Of a DNA stretch of 64,000 bases, positions 38,862 to 49,440 are shown in pieces (position 1 is the stretch's first letter; every line of letters begins with the position of its first letter). Origin of the DNA: Camelus dromedarius. Taxonomy: Eukaryota. Under the pieces are notes generated by a model. That model was not told the DNA's origin, ran no database searches, and saw only the letters and a list, made by a program, of their open reading frames with translations. The DNA lies in NCBI RefSeq assembly GCF_036321535.1, contig NC_087437.1, forward strand, positions 101,186,001 to 101,250,000, given 5' to 3'. The position numbers were made by a program, and so were the translations under genes.

Positions 38862-39010
38862 GGGGGAGGGTAAAGCTCAGTGGTAGAGTGCGTGCCTAGC
38901 ATGCGTGAGGTCCTGGGTTCAATCCCTTAGTAATTCCATTAAAATAAATAAATAAATCTAGTTCCCCCCTCCACCAAAACAAACAAGCAAAAACAAAACA
39001 AAACAAAACA
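38862..39010 (+). mobile_element. tRNA-Ala-derived SINE (camelid Vic-1-like), long form
   Basis: GGGGGAGGGTAAAGCTCAGTGGTAGAGTGCGTGCCTAGCATGCGTGAGGTCCTGGGTTCAATCCC (A and B boxes), then AAATAAATAAAT, a C-rich block and a (CAAAA)n tail. Confidence 0.92.
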
Positions 39011-39151
39011 GCTATTTTTAAAAAACCATTAAAAAAATCTTAAAACAAAAATTAGAACTGAAAAAAAAAATCTTAAAACAAAAATTAGAGCTGGAGTGTA
39101 AGAATGAGTAGAAGAGGTGTTAAAATGATGAGACTGGAGTGCAATTTATAT

Positions 39152-39378
39152 AACTTACTATGGTAGGCATTGTCCTAAGTGGCTCACAGCATTAACTCAA
39201 TCAATTCTCACAGTGACCTTAGACTATTACTATCTCCATTTTAAATATTGAAAGACTTAGGCACAAAGATTTTCAAATCATGCCAAGGGTCACATTCTTA
39301 CTAAGTGGTAGAGCCAGGATTTGAACCAAAGCAATGGGCTCCAAAGTCAGTGGCCCTCTCACTACGTTGTACTGTCTC
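39152..39378 (-). mobile_element. MIR, near full length
   Basis: ACTTACTATG..AGGCATTGTCCTAAGTG..TCTCCATTTTA..GGTCACA..CTAAGTGGTAGAGCCAGGATTTGAACC. Confidence 0.88.
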
Positions 39379-39759
39379 TCCCACAAAGATTAAGGCAAGG
39401 ATTAATAATAACACAATAATAGGAAAGTGAATACACCCTCACAAACTTCATAAAAAGAAAGATCTATACACCAATGGCCAGCAGTCATGAGAATCCTTAA
39501 CTCATCAATAAAACAAATACAAGCAAGTTAAAACAAGATACACATTTTATTCTATCATTTAAGTACACCTTAAAAAACTTACGGTATCAGTGGTATTAAG
39601 CTATGGAGAAATAGGGGACCCATATGCTGAGGCTGTTTTCACAGGTACAATATTTTTAAAGGATAATTTTTCAATATGTAACAAAATTTGAATACTATCT
39701 ATTAAAATTTCCAGAATTTTATCTAACATAATATATAGAAGCAAATTTTACACTATCTC

Positions 39760-40745
39760 CACAGCTGTCTTAAAGATTCCTCTTGCTAAATGCTTCCCAA
39801 ACATTCCCCCTCCTATTTAAATCTGCTCCTCCCTCATACACCTTTTATTAATTTGTGATACCAGTATTAACCCATTAGCTCCTGCCTAAAACTTTAAGCT
39901 CTTCTTCATCTAGTAACATCTTATCCACCATCGGTCAGTTACCAATTTCAATTGCTTCACCTTCTAAACATGCCTCAGAGTCATCTATCTCTGACTTCAG
40001 AGCCTCCTACACATTTCTATGTCCCTAGAATGTCTTTAGTGCACAAGCAAGACTCTCTTAACCAGGCTTTGTCCTTTCTTTCTTGCCCTCTCCATGCAGA
40101 GAAATCATTTGCAGTTGCAATGAGATGGTGATACTACTCAGTTTAGCCTCTTAGTGTGGCTTCCCATTATTCTTGTAGAAACTGGGCAAACATTGCAGAT
40201 TCTATACCCTAAATTATTGGCCTCTGTGAACTTACAACTCATACTGTCCCCTTCCCTTCCACGGGCACACTCTGCTCCCTATTGACCACAGCTATTCTTT
40301 TTTTTAATTAAAAGAATTTTTATTTGGTGGGGTAGTAATTAGGCTTATTTATTCTTTAATGGAGGTACTGGGGATTGAACCCCAGACCTCATGTACACTA
40401 GGCAAGCACTCTACCATTGAGCTATACCCTCCCCTCACTGCTATTCTTTATCTCTACCAATTTCCCCCTCTCCTTAGGGATTTTGCAATTCCTATTTTCT
40501 TGGTTTTTAATTTAGGTGTCACTTCTCCAAGGAAGGCTTCCCAGGTGACCCTCTTGTATTTTATAGTACTCCTCACCTCTCTTTTTTGGCACTTTTGATA
40601 ACTAATTAAATATTTTTGTATTGAATTGGTTTTTTATTTTTTTAATTTTCTTCTCAGTCTTCCACAATAGATAGTAATCTCCATAAGAGCAGTGACCATG
40701 CTTATTTCATTCACTGCTATAACCTCAATGCTCAATGATGCATTT
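39760..40745 (+). mobile_element. L2 fragment (hosts SINE)
   Basis: AATCTGCTCCTCCC..TGGCTTCCCATT..TCACTTCTCCAAGGAAGGCTTCCC..CTCCATAAGAGCAGTGACCATG..TTCACTGCTATA. Confidence 0.7.
40301..40435 (-). mobile_element. tRNA-Ala-derived SINE (camelid Vic-1-like), long form
   Basis: Minus strand GGGGAGGGTATAGCTCAATGGTAGAGTGCTTGCCTAG..GGTTCAATCCCCAGTACCTCCATT..CCTAATTAC; 14-bp TSD CAC(A/T)GCTATTCTTT (40287-300 and 40436-49). Confidence 0.92.
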
Positions 40746-41169
40746 AGTGTAAAGAGAGGTGCCTTTAGACTTTTCAAAAGTGCTTTAAAATGTACTCTGT
40801 ATGAGTATATGATTCCTCTTCCTTAACTATAATTCCATTCTTATAGACTAATTCACATGGCTCAGGGCAGTTCAGGATGAGGGAGTCAATAAAATGACGG
40901 GCACTGACCACACGTGTAGGAATGAAGATATATCACTGTCTCAGATGTTTTAGTTAATATTTCATCTAAAGTAAAAAAAGAGATGCTAATTTGTTTATAT
41001 TCATATACCAATGTATAACAATGTATACATTTAAAACTATGGAATGGTATATAACAGGCTTATAAAGGTTGCAATCACTGTCTCTGGGTGTGGTATTGTG
41101 ATGGACTTAAAATTGCTGCCAATGGAAGCGCAAAGGGTCATATTTAGGGATAAAGGTCAGAGAATTACA

Positions 41170-41360
41170 TGACCTGACTTATCAGTCACAGTGGAGGAGT
41201 CTTTGGCAGGTGATTTAATCTTAGGTTTTATACATCTCAATTTTCTCATCTATTAATGAGTCCATAATTATACCTACCTCAGAGAATCATTGGTGAAATT
41301 AAATGTTAATGCATATATAACACTTAACACTGTCTGCACTTAATAAATGTTTGATATGGT
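41170..41360 (+). mobile_element. MIR fragment
   Basis: GGCAGGTGATTTAATCT..CTCAATTTTCTCATCT..TACCTACCTCAGAG..ATTAAATG. Confidence 0.75.
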
Positions 41361-41954
41361 ATCCTTTTATTAAAATTTAATACATTTCCAAATAATTTCA
41401 TTTCAAATTATACAAGGGACATGTAGTACTTTTCAAATCAATACATATACATCCATTTTGGGGAAAAAAAAAACAAATGTCAACTTCTTAGATAATCACA
41501 AATTTTTGTCTCTCCTTGACTTTCCTAACATATTTAGAAAGGATGCTACTGAAGGGTGTCTCTCCTCCTCATATGGACACGTTTAGCCAATTCTTTTATC
41601 CTGTTATTCTTCATCTTTAAGCTTGTTCACTAATTGCCACACCTGTAACAGACTCAAACAAAAAATCTTTGCTATGCCAAATGCCTCCATCAGCTCCTAG
41701 AGAGTGAAGGGTAGACAGGAAAATGATTGCTTCTGCGACCTAAGGAGACAAACAGTGTGTTGGTGAGTCTTTTTGCTCCTGAGATATTAATGTCCTGACA
41801 TCTTAAAGAGGAACTGAAATGTGGTATGAGATGCCATACATTAATGGTCAGTCTAGCATGACAACAGATTTGTACAGTCTCATCTAAGCTAACTGAATTA
41901 AAAGACCTGTTTTATATTATAATAATCCTCAGTGAGCTGAAGTTAATGGAGAAG

Positions 41955-42222
41955 AAAACAGAAATAGACTCCCAGACATAGAAAATAAACTTATGGTTAC
42001 CAAAGTGGAAAGGAAGGGAGGGATAAATTAGGAGTTTGGGATTAGCAGATAATAACTATTATATATACAATAAACAACAAGGTCCTACTGATAGCACAGG
42101 GAACTATATTCAGTAGCTTGTAATAACCTATAATGAAAAAGAATATGGAAAAAAATGTGTGTGTGTGTATATATATATATATACATAAATATATGTATAA
42201 CTGAATCACTTTACTGTTATAT
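41955..42222 (+). mobile_element. L1 3' UTR fragment (cetartiodactyl type)
   Basis: AAAACAGAAATAGACTCCCAGACATAGAAAATAAACTTATGGTTACCAAAG..GGATAAATTAGGAGTTTGGGATTAGCAGAT..AACAACAAGGTCCTACTG..AGCACAGGGAACTATATTCA..ATAACTGAATCACTTT. Confidence 0.92.
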
Positions 42223-42433
42223 ATTCCTTCCCTTAGATTTAGGTTTGAAGATTTCTGTGTTATAAACTTGGCCATTTTAATAATATATATGAAGCTGGAA
42301 AATAATACATTTGTTTTATTTTTGACTTTGTAAAACAAAACAAATAGAATGAATCTGACCTCAGTGATCTAGAGGTTTGATTTCAAGATCTGTGAATTCA
42401 TGGGAAGTTTGTAACTGCAGTTTGATCACTCAC

Positions 42434-42900
42434 CCTTCGAACCCATCTCAGTTACAAGTGCTGTAATGTGAGTTTCTCTACTTCAGCAGAAGCTGCTTAG
42501 AGACAAATTACTCTGGTGCCAGACTGAATCCACCATAGTAGCTGCACAGGGGATGGCATTTCATTCGGATGCAGAAGCCTTGCAAGTTTCGCTCTTTGAC
42601 CTTCTGGATGACATCTTCTGCCCGATAGTCATTATTTTCCACTGCCAGCTCACTAGGTTTCTTAGCAGAGTAGTCATTAGGGCTCCACAGGCAGCGTAAA
42701 TGACCAGATATAGATGTTTCCATCTTCAGAAATTGGAGGGGAGGAGATGAAAGGAAAAAAAAAAAAAAAACCTCCAAACGTGCTTTCATTCGTGACTGGA
42801 TCTTTCCCTTGCCAGCTCTGGGCCCACTGCTGTCGGTTTCTCTGGGATCCGTGAATTCCCCGTGATACTTCAAACCGCTCCTGTCTCCAGAACGGAAGTG
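42434..42900 (-). other. Candidate first exon of an unidentified minus-strand transcript
   Basis: CpG-enriched unique sequence ending at the strong donor AGG|GTGAGT (plus-strand ACTCAC, 42428-33), downstream of a motif cluster; the 5' end is a guess. Confidence 0.4.
42508..42723 (-). CDS. Putative 71-aa small ORF/uORF (METSISGHLRC...SLAPE), no recognised homologue
   Basis: ATG in strong Kozak context (AAGATGG) inside the candidate exon; no family recognised. Confidence 0.15.
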   Translation of the reverse strand: METSISGHLRCLWSPNDYSAKKPSELAVENNDYRAEDVIQKVKERNLQGFCIRMKCHPLCSYYGGFSLAPE

Positions 42901-43110
42901 TAAACTGGCCTTATTGTCGTATCATCCCAGGGAATGTTACATGACATTTCTGTTCTCCAAGTCTGAAAACTGCCTGTAAACAAAGACTAATATTCAGTTA
43001 AATAAAGCGTGTAAGAATAAAGCAGAGTCAAGCCCGGGGAATGATGTAACTCCTCCTAGCAGGTTAAGTATGCCGTAAGGGTGTTTCCAGAGGGAGAGAT
43101 CAGTGTCGAG
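42850..43110. promoter_or_regulatory. Candidate promoter/enhancer
   Basis: ETS CGGAAGTG 42893-900, FOX TGTAAACA 42975-82, C/EBP-ATF TGATGTAA 43042-49, near-kappaB GGGGAATTCA (minus, ~42852-61); local CpG retention. Confidence 0.45.
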
Positions 43111-43559
43111 GGGGAATCAACACAATGGCAAGGAATCCATTTCTCTTCATCCCTTTATTCACTCCTGCTTTCTAGTGCCTTCTCTGTGTGCCCCACACGC
43201 TGCACCTCCTGCCTTAAATCCTCCTTCCTTTTCCCTTTCTGCCCTGGTTTCCTCATTCTCTATTTCTGTCTTCCCTTCCTTGTAAATATCTTTTACGAGT
43301 CAGGAGTGGGTTGCAAGAATGCTGAAAGCTCCCTAGTTTTTGCCTTTATGGAAATTAAGTTTTATTCTTCAATAACAACATGCTAGAAAAGGCAAATTGT
43401 CTTTAAATGTGATTTTTTTCTAGCTGAATTGGTTTCACCATCACACACCGTAGACAGTGATGATTTCTCATTTACGAATCCTTTTACACTCCTACAAGCA
43501 ACACGAGAGCACTCTGCTTCCTCCAAATCCTTGCTGAAGCTCAGAATTGTCATTTTTTA

Positions 43560-44430
43560 AAAATACAACTTGTTTAAACTGCAAATATTTAAAGTGTAAA
43601 CTAGTTAGATTTTAGCATATGTTAACTTTGTGAAATCATCCCTGCAGCCAAGAAAATGAGCGCGTATCTCATTTCTCAAAGTATTTTCATGCCCTTTCCT
43701 TTTGTAATACCCCCCTGCCTTCATCTCCACTCCCTCTCCTCTCCACCTGGCCTCTCTGACAGCTTTGGCCTGTTCCTTGTCACTACGCATTTGTTTGCAT
43801 TTTCTAGAGTTTTGTATAAATAGAATTTTACAGATTGTATTTTAAAAAATGAACTTATTTCTATCAACATAATTGTTCTAAGTTTTCTTCTTTTTCCTTG
43901 CTGAGTAGGATTCCAATCTATAGGTGAACCCCCTTTGTTTACATATTCATCTGTTGTTGCACATCTTGGTTGCTTCTGGTTTTTAACTCTTACAAATGAA
44001 GCTCCAAAAGGCATTAATTTTCAAGTTCTTCTATGGCTGCCATTTCTTTTGAGTAAGTCCTAGGAGAGGAATGACTGGGTCATATAATGATTTTATATTT
44101 AATTTCTTAAAAACAAGAACAACAAAAACTTCCTTACTTTCCAAAGTGGTTGCACCATTTTTGCATTCTCACTAGCACCTTTTTTAAATCTTGACCGTAT
44201 ACATATTGATTCTATTTCTGGATACTCTATTCTGTGCCATGGATATATTGGCCCATCTTTAAGCCACTATCATGTTTTCCTGATCATTCTAGCTTTATAG
44301 TAAGCTTTGCCACCGTGTAGTGTAAGTTATTCAACTTTTCCTTGCTGTATGAATTTTAGAATTGGTTTGATGATGCCTACAAAGAGTCTGTTGTTTGATG
44401 GGGATTTTGTTGAATTTATGGATTTCTTAA
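43560..44430 (-). mobile_element. Old L1 (L1MB/ME-like) fragments
   Basis: TTTTCTAGAGTTTTGTATAAATAGAAT..TTGCTGAGTAG..TTGTTTACATATTCATCTGTTG..TTCCAAAGTGGTTGCACCATTTTGCATTC. Confidence 0.85.
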
Positions 44431-44772
44431 ACTTTTCATTTCAGAAAATATGTTAATTTAGAATTTACTCTTGACTAACACTGACAGTGGATATAAAATT
44501 GGAGAGTTAAAATCATTCTGCTCTGTAACAAACCAATGACAATTTTCTTCTAACATATTATTTTCAGATAAAGATGATGATGTCAATCAGATTGTTGCTT
44601 TTTTTATCCATAACTGTATTATTATTATTTCTATTTCTATTTATTAGTATTATTTTTATCCTTATTTCAAACTTATACATATTTATACTTATACACAAAC
44701 TTATACACACATATATATATATATATACACATTTCAAAAAAGTGTGTGTGTGTGTAACATACTGCAACTATA

Positions 44773-44900
44773 TATATATACCTCAACTTCTTTATCAGTC
44801 ATCTGTCCATGGACATTTAGTTTGCTTCCATGTCTTGGCTATTGTAAATAGTGCTGCCCTGAACACTGGGGTGCATTTGTCTATTAGAATTAGAGTTTTG
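44773..44900 (-). mobile_element. Younger L1 fragment
   Basis: TCATCTGTCCATGGACATTTAGTTTGCTTCCATGTCTTGGCTATTGTAAATAGTGCTGC..GAACACTGGGGTGCAT. Confidence 0.88.
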
Positions 44901-46275
44901 AATTAGAGTTTCTATTGTCTTCTTGAAAGATCAAGAACATTTTAGCAACTCATATTGTATTAATTATCTTCCATTTTTTCTCAGTTTCTTTAAAGAGAAA
45001 CCATGTTGAATTCCTTGAATTAAGTCCCCTTTCTCTTAGAATGTTATTCATTTAGCTCCTCTTTCAGCATTGGCTCTACATTCTGGAAGATTTGTTGAAT
45101 CATTCTCTTGCCTTGGTTAAGCTTTTGCCCCCAACATTTATATTTTTATTTCTAATTCATTTAACTTTTACCTTATTCTCTAAATTTGCTACTCTTCTGA
45201 TGTCTTTGTTTCATTATCCAGGTCCTACTTTTTGTGCTGTTGTTTTTTCTTAGATACCAATGGTCTTTGTGTGTTCAATCATATTTATAGATGGAGTTAT
45301 AGATTTTTAGTATAGGCAGGTATTGTAAGTTATCGCAGTTCTAGCCTTGGCCACTAGTTTTGGTTTTCTTCCTACAGATGGATCCTTTGATTGTGGAGGG
45401 CTGGGTGAGATCTGTGTGTATTCGGGAACATCAAATCTCTCCACTTTATAGAGTAAATGGCAGTGGCAGCTGAGGGTGGTACCTCTCTCCACTCAGACAA
45501 GTGCCAAAATAATGGTGATGTCACTCTGGTGTTCCAAGTTCCATGCCACAGTCTCAGCTTTTCTCAATTACAGTGTCCACATTTTCTTTAGTGAGTTGTT
45601 TCTTTCATTTTATTCTGAGATAAAGGAAAAACTGCTCTGCTCTTGTCAAGAAAGAACCTGCGCTGCTGATTGCCTCCACTAGTCTGCATTTGTCTCCCTG
45701 ATATTTACCTTATATGCCATGTCTCTTTTCTCAATTTGCTAAGACCAAAAATAAAGTTCTTCTAGTGTTTTCCTGACTCTTGACTCTATTACACTGCATA
45801 TTGAGAATGACTGGCTTCACCACCTTTCAAAGCATCTTTGTCTAAGATGGAAGATGTGACATCCTGGGGTCACACAGCACCCTTTACATAGAGTATAAGA
45901 AGTCCCAGGAATGTTACTAAAGGACTTCAGCCGCAACATCCATTCTTTCAGTGGACAGTACAGCTTCTGGCAGCCATCATGGCATAGTTACTGCTTTGGT
46001 TATTGTCATAAAAATATGATCTTATCAAAGGGAATTTGAGCAGTGAAAAAAGATATTGTGGATTTTATTTGAATGCTAAGAAAAACTGGCTTCATGGGAT
46101 GCACTTGAGTTAGATTTTGGTATTTCAGAGAAATATTAAGGTTATATTTTAAGATGATAGAAACTTCTAAAATACAGATAATAATGAAGTGAGAGAAATA
46201 TTAGTTTGTGACTGCTAGTGCCAACATAATTTTTCCCCGGATCTCTGAAACATCAGAAAAATATAGCAGATCTAT

Positions 46276-46855
46276 TGTGGTGGCTTCAAGACACACATTA
46301 TTTTCCTCTTCTCTGCAATAGCCTCTAATTCAAATAAATGGACTCCATATGTTCCTGCCTCTGGGGAAATATCCTTAATAGATGAGTAAAGGAGCCCCTT
46401 AATCCACAATCTAAGCTAGGCTGGTAGGAGTACGCCACATCATAACTGATTTGTCCAAAGGCAGAAGACTGGCCCCATTTCCTCAATCAGAGTTTTTTGC
46501 CTGAAAGTTTCCAAACTATTACTCTAGAAGAAAGACAATTTCTTGATGCTGATGAAAGCTGTACATCATAAAAACAGTGGAGGGTTCGATGATTACATTT
46601 CCCACCGTTTCAATAAAACCGTTTTAAAGTGAAGGAAGATGAAGCCAGCATATTGAAAGAAACATAATTTAGTATAGAGTCCAGGTTGTATTGCAGACCC
46701 TGGTCCAGTTATTCATAAGCCTAATTCATCTTCGCACTCCGTGTTTTGGTTATTTACACTTTCATTAGGTTGTCTGAGAAAATATTGTTTATTTTTTCCC
46801 TTAATTAATTTGAGTTAAGTTTCTGTAGATTGGCATCCAAGAATCATAAGCAATT
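46276..46855 (+). mobile_element. MLT1K/L-type (MaLR) LTR
   Basis: CAATCAGAGT..GATGAAGCCAGCA..CCTGGTCCAG.., with end TTTGAGTTAAGTTTCTGT..CCAAGAATC. Confidence 0.5.
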
Positions 46856-46975
46856 TATAAAACTTAACTGCACATATGTACTCACTAAGGACTCTAAATT
46901 ATTTAATTTTCTCCAAGTAAAGCTGATAACTATTACCATAGAAGCTCAAGTTTACTTTGAATTAAAGACAAATGT

Positions 46976-47098
46976 GGGACAGGGTATAGCTCAGTGGTAG
47001 AGTATATGCTTAGCGTGCATGAGGTCCAAGGTTCAATCCCCAGGACCTCCATTAAAAATAAACCTACTTACCCCACACCCCAAACAACAGCAACAACA
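46976..47098 (+). mobile_element. tRNA-Ala-derived SINE (camelid Vic-1-like), long form
   Basis: AGGGTATAGCTCAGTGGTAGAGTATATGCTTAGCGTGCATGAGGTCCAAGGTTCAATCCCCAGGACCTCCATT; 12-bp TSD AAAGAC(A/T)AATGT (46964-75 and 47099-110). Confidence 0.93.
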
Positions 47099-48499
47099 AA
47101 AGACTAATGTATGTAACCGTGTTTGGTGTTTTCTCAATTATTAAATAATAGGTAATTCCAGGATCCTGGTATTGACTTGCACAGTGGTAATTTTTATAAT
47201 GTAAGTTTGTTTCCAAAGAGAAAATGTACCACTCCTCTAATTTGATAAACTTTGATTTTGACGTGGAATTTGCTGTGTTTTTTTTTGCTTGTTTGTTTTT
47301 TGTTTTTTACCGTAGTATTTAGTTAAGAAATTTATGAGATGGCTCAAACTATGCAATTTAAATAAATATTTTATCACTATATTAGTCTCTTAAAGTATTT
47401 ATGTGATTTCAATGGCTTCAAATTTTATCCATAGAATACAGGTATGAAAAATAGTATTTCAAACAGAGAAATATTACAAATATGCATATGGATATGTGTA
47501 TATATCTGTATACATATGAAATCATTGAGTTTTAATAGTCTAATTACTTTAAATTGCAATAGTAATCTGTAATAATGTTACATGATCAACTACATTATGT
47601 TACACAGCCATTAGAAGTATGCATATTGAATTTCTTACTATATTAGATTTTAATTATTATTCTAAAGATACAATATTTAAGATGATAGTTTTATTGCACA
47701 ATGATATGAATGCTAATGGCATTCCATAAAATGAATATTTAAGCAGTTTATTTTAATTTATTGATCTTTCAGATTTCTAGCAACCTACTCCCTCCCACTT
47801 CTTTTCATGCTAAGCATCAATCAAGGTGATGAGATTGATGAAAATATAAAGAAAATATCTATGGTTTTTTTCCCAATGCACTGGGAGTTATATATTATGT
47901 GTTAAGCAGTGCAATATTTTCTTTTTTTAAGTCTTCTCCAGCTTCATCTATAACCTCAAGGAAAGTGGACGTTAAGAAATCTTCTGATTCATCGCATTTC
48001 TTAGAAGATTGTTTTTCACTTCTGACATCCCAAACATTGCCTATATGTGTCCAACTCTATTAATACAATTTTATGTACAAATAATTTGCAGCCATGTCAG
48101 CCTAAAACATAAAACTGGGCTGTGAGAAAATCTTGTATTCCTCTAGATAGAAAAAAAGTCATCACAGTCATTAAAAATGCCTTCATATAGAAATGCTATA
48201 AATGTTAATTAATCATAGTCAACTTTTCCAATGTACCATCTGTATTTCCAAAATCTAGGCTTTCCAGGCTAGATTACCACCTTTTTCTGCAAAAACATAC
48301 CTGCTAACCATTCCAAGAATGTACTGGTATCTCCTCTTAGAACAGCATTCCCTCTTCAAAGATTCATATTTCTTATCTATTTGTCTCTGTCTCTAGGCTC
48401 AACACGAATGTAATCTCTTTGAAATTAAAAAGAAACTGAAAACAACTATCTATTAATAGAATGTTATTTATATTTCTTTCTTCTCATATAACCAGCAGG

Positions 48500-49440
48500 T
48501 AGCTTGGTACCCTTCTTAAATTTCTTAAGCTTCCCTCAAATTCAAGATGCCTAAAATCACAACCATTATCTAAACGTCCCAGGTGTTTCCAAACTCAAGA
48601 GGGAACACCACCATCATTCAAACAGTTACATAAACCAGACATATGGAATCTACTTCCCACTACATTCTTCCACAAGACTGTGCCGGCTTTTTTGACAAAT
48701 CTCCAGCCTTCTTCACAGTTCTTTACTATGCCAACTGTCCTTTTCCCAGTACCATTCTGTCCTATACATTGTCTTCAGCATCCACCCTTGCCCTTCCCTT
48801 AAAGCTCTTCTTGGAAAGATGATCAAGGAGATCTTTTCAAAGGGAACAATGTGATGCTGTGATCAAGTCCAACCCCGTACAAGCATACACCTCTTGTTTA
48901 AAGCTCTAGAGTAGCTTACTGTTGATCCCTAGCATAAACATAAAGATTCTAAGCATACCTACAGCGTCCCCCGTGCTCTGGGCACTATTTTAGCAACTTA
49001 TTTTGTGATCAAGTTTTTACTGTGTCTTCTGCAGCCTCTTCACCTGCATAACTTTTAAGTTTCTTCCTCATTGATGTCAGGCTTCTTCCTACCACAAAGC
49101 TTGAACACGTGCTGTCTGGAAACTATCCATATCCATATTTCCAATAGCCTCTTGCACCTTTGAAAATATTCTTAATTTTGCTCTCTACTTAATAATAACT
49201 AACTCAAAAATTTCAATTACAGGCTCTCAGAGGACAATGCAGTTTCCCTCCTCCCCTGTGCCCACACTTTTTAATCTCACTTCTCAGATTTAGGAGATTT
49301 TTAGTTTACTTGTATGATGGGTTTATTATTACCTATTTTCCCATAAGTTCAAAAACCATGTCTGCTTTTGCATGTGGTTTTATCACCAGCTCCTGTTATA
49401 CTGTTTGGCTCATGTAAGTGCTTAAAAATACTTACTCAAA
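48500..49440 (+). mobile_element. L2 fragment
   Basis: CACCACCATC..CAGTTAC..AAACCAGA..GATCTTTTCAAA..CTGTCTGGAA..ACCATGTCTGCTTT..CATGTAAGTGCTTAAAAATAC. Confidence 0.65.

Noticed and set aside
38862..38940. tRNA-Ala(AGC) gene (also the heads at 30051, 40301 and 46976)
   Set aside because: Mutated stems, A-rich tails and (in three copies) TSDs show these are SINE copies, not tRNA genes.
41622..41762. Plus-strand exon (TTTAAG| ... TTG|GTGAGT)
   Set aside because: Stops in all frames, a modest acceptor and no partner exons; indistinguishable from background pseudo-exons without RNA data.
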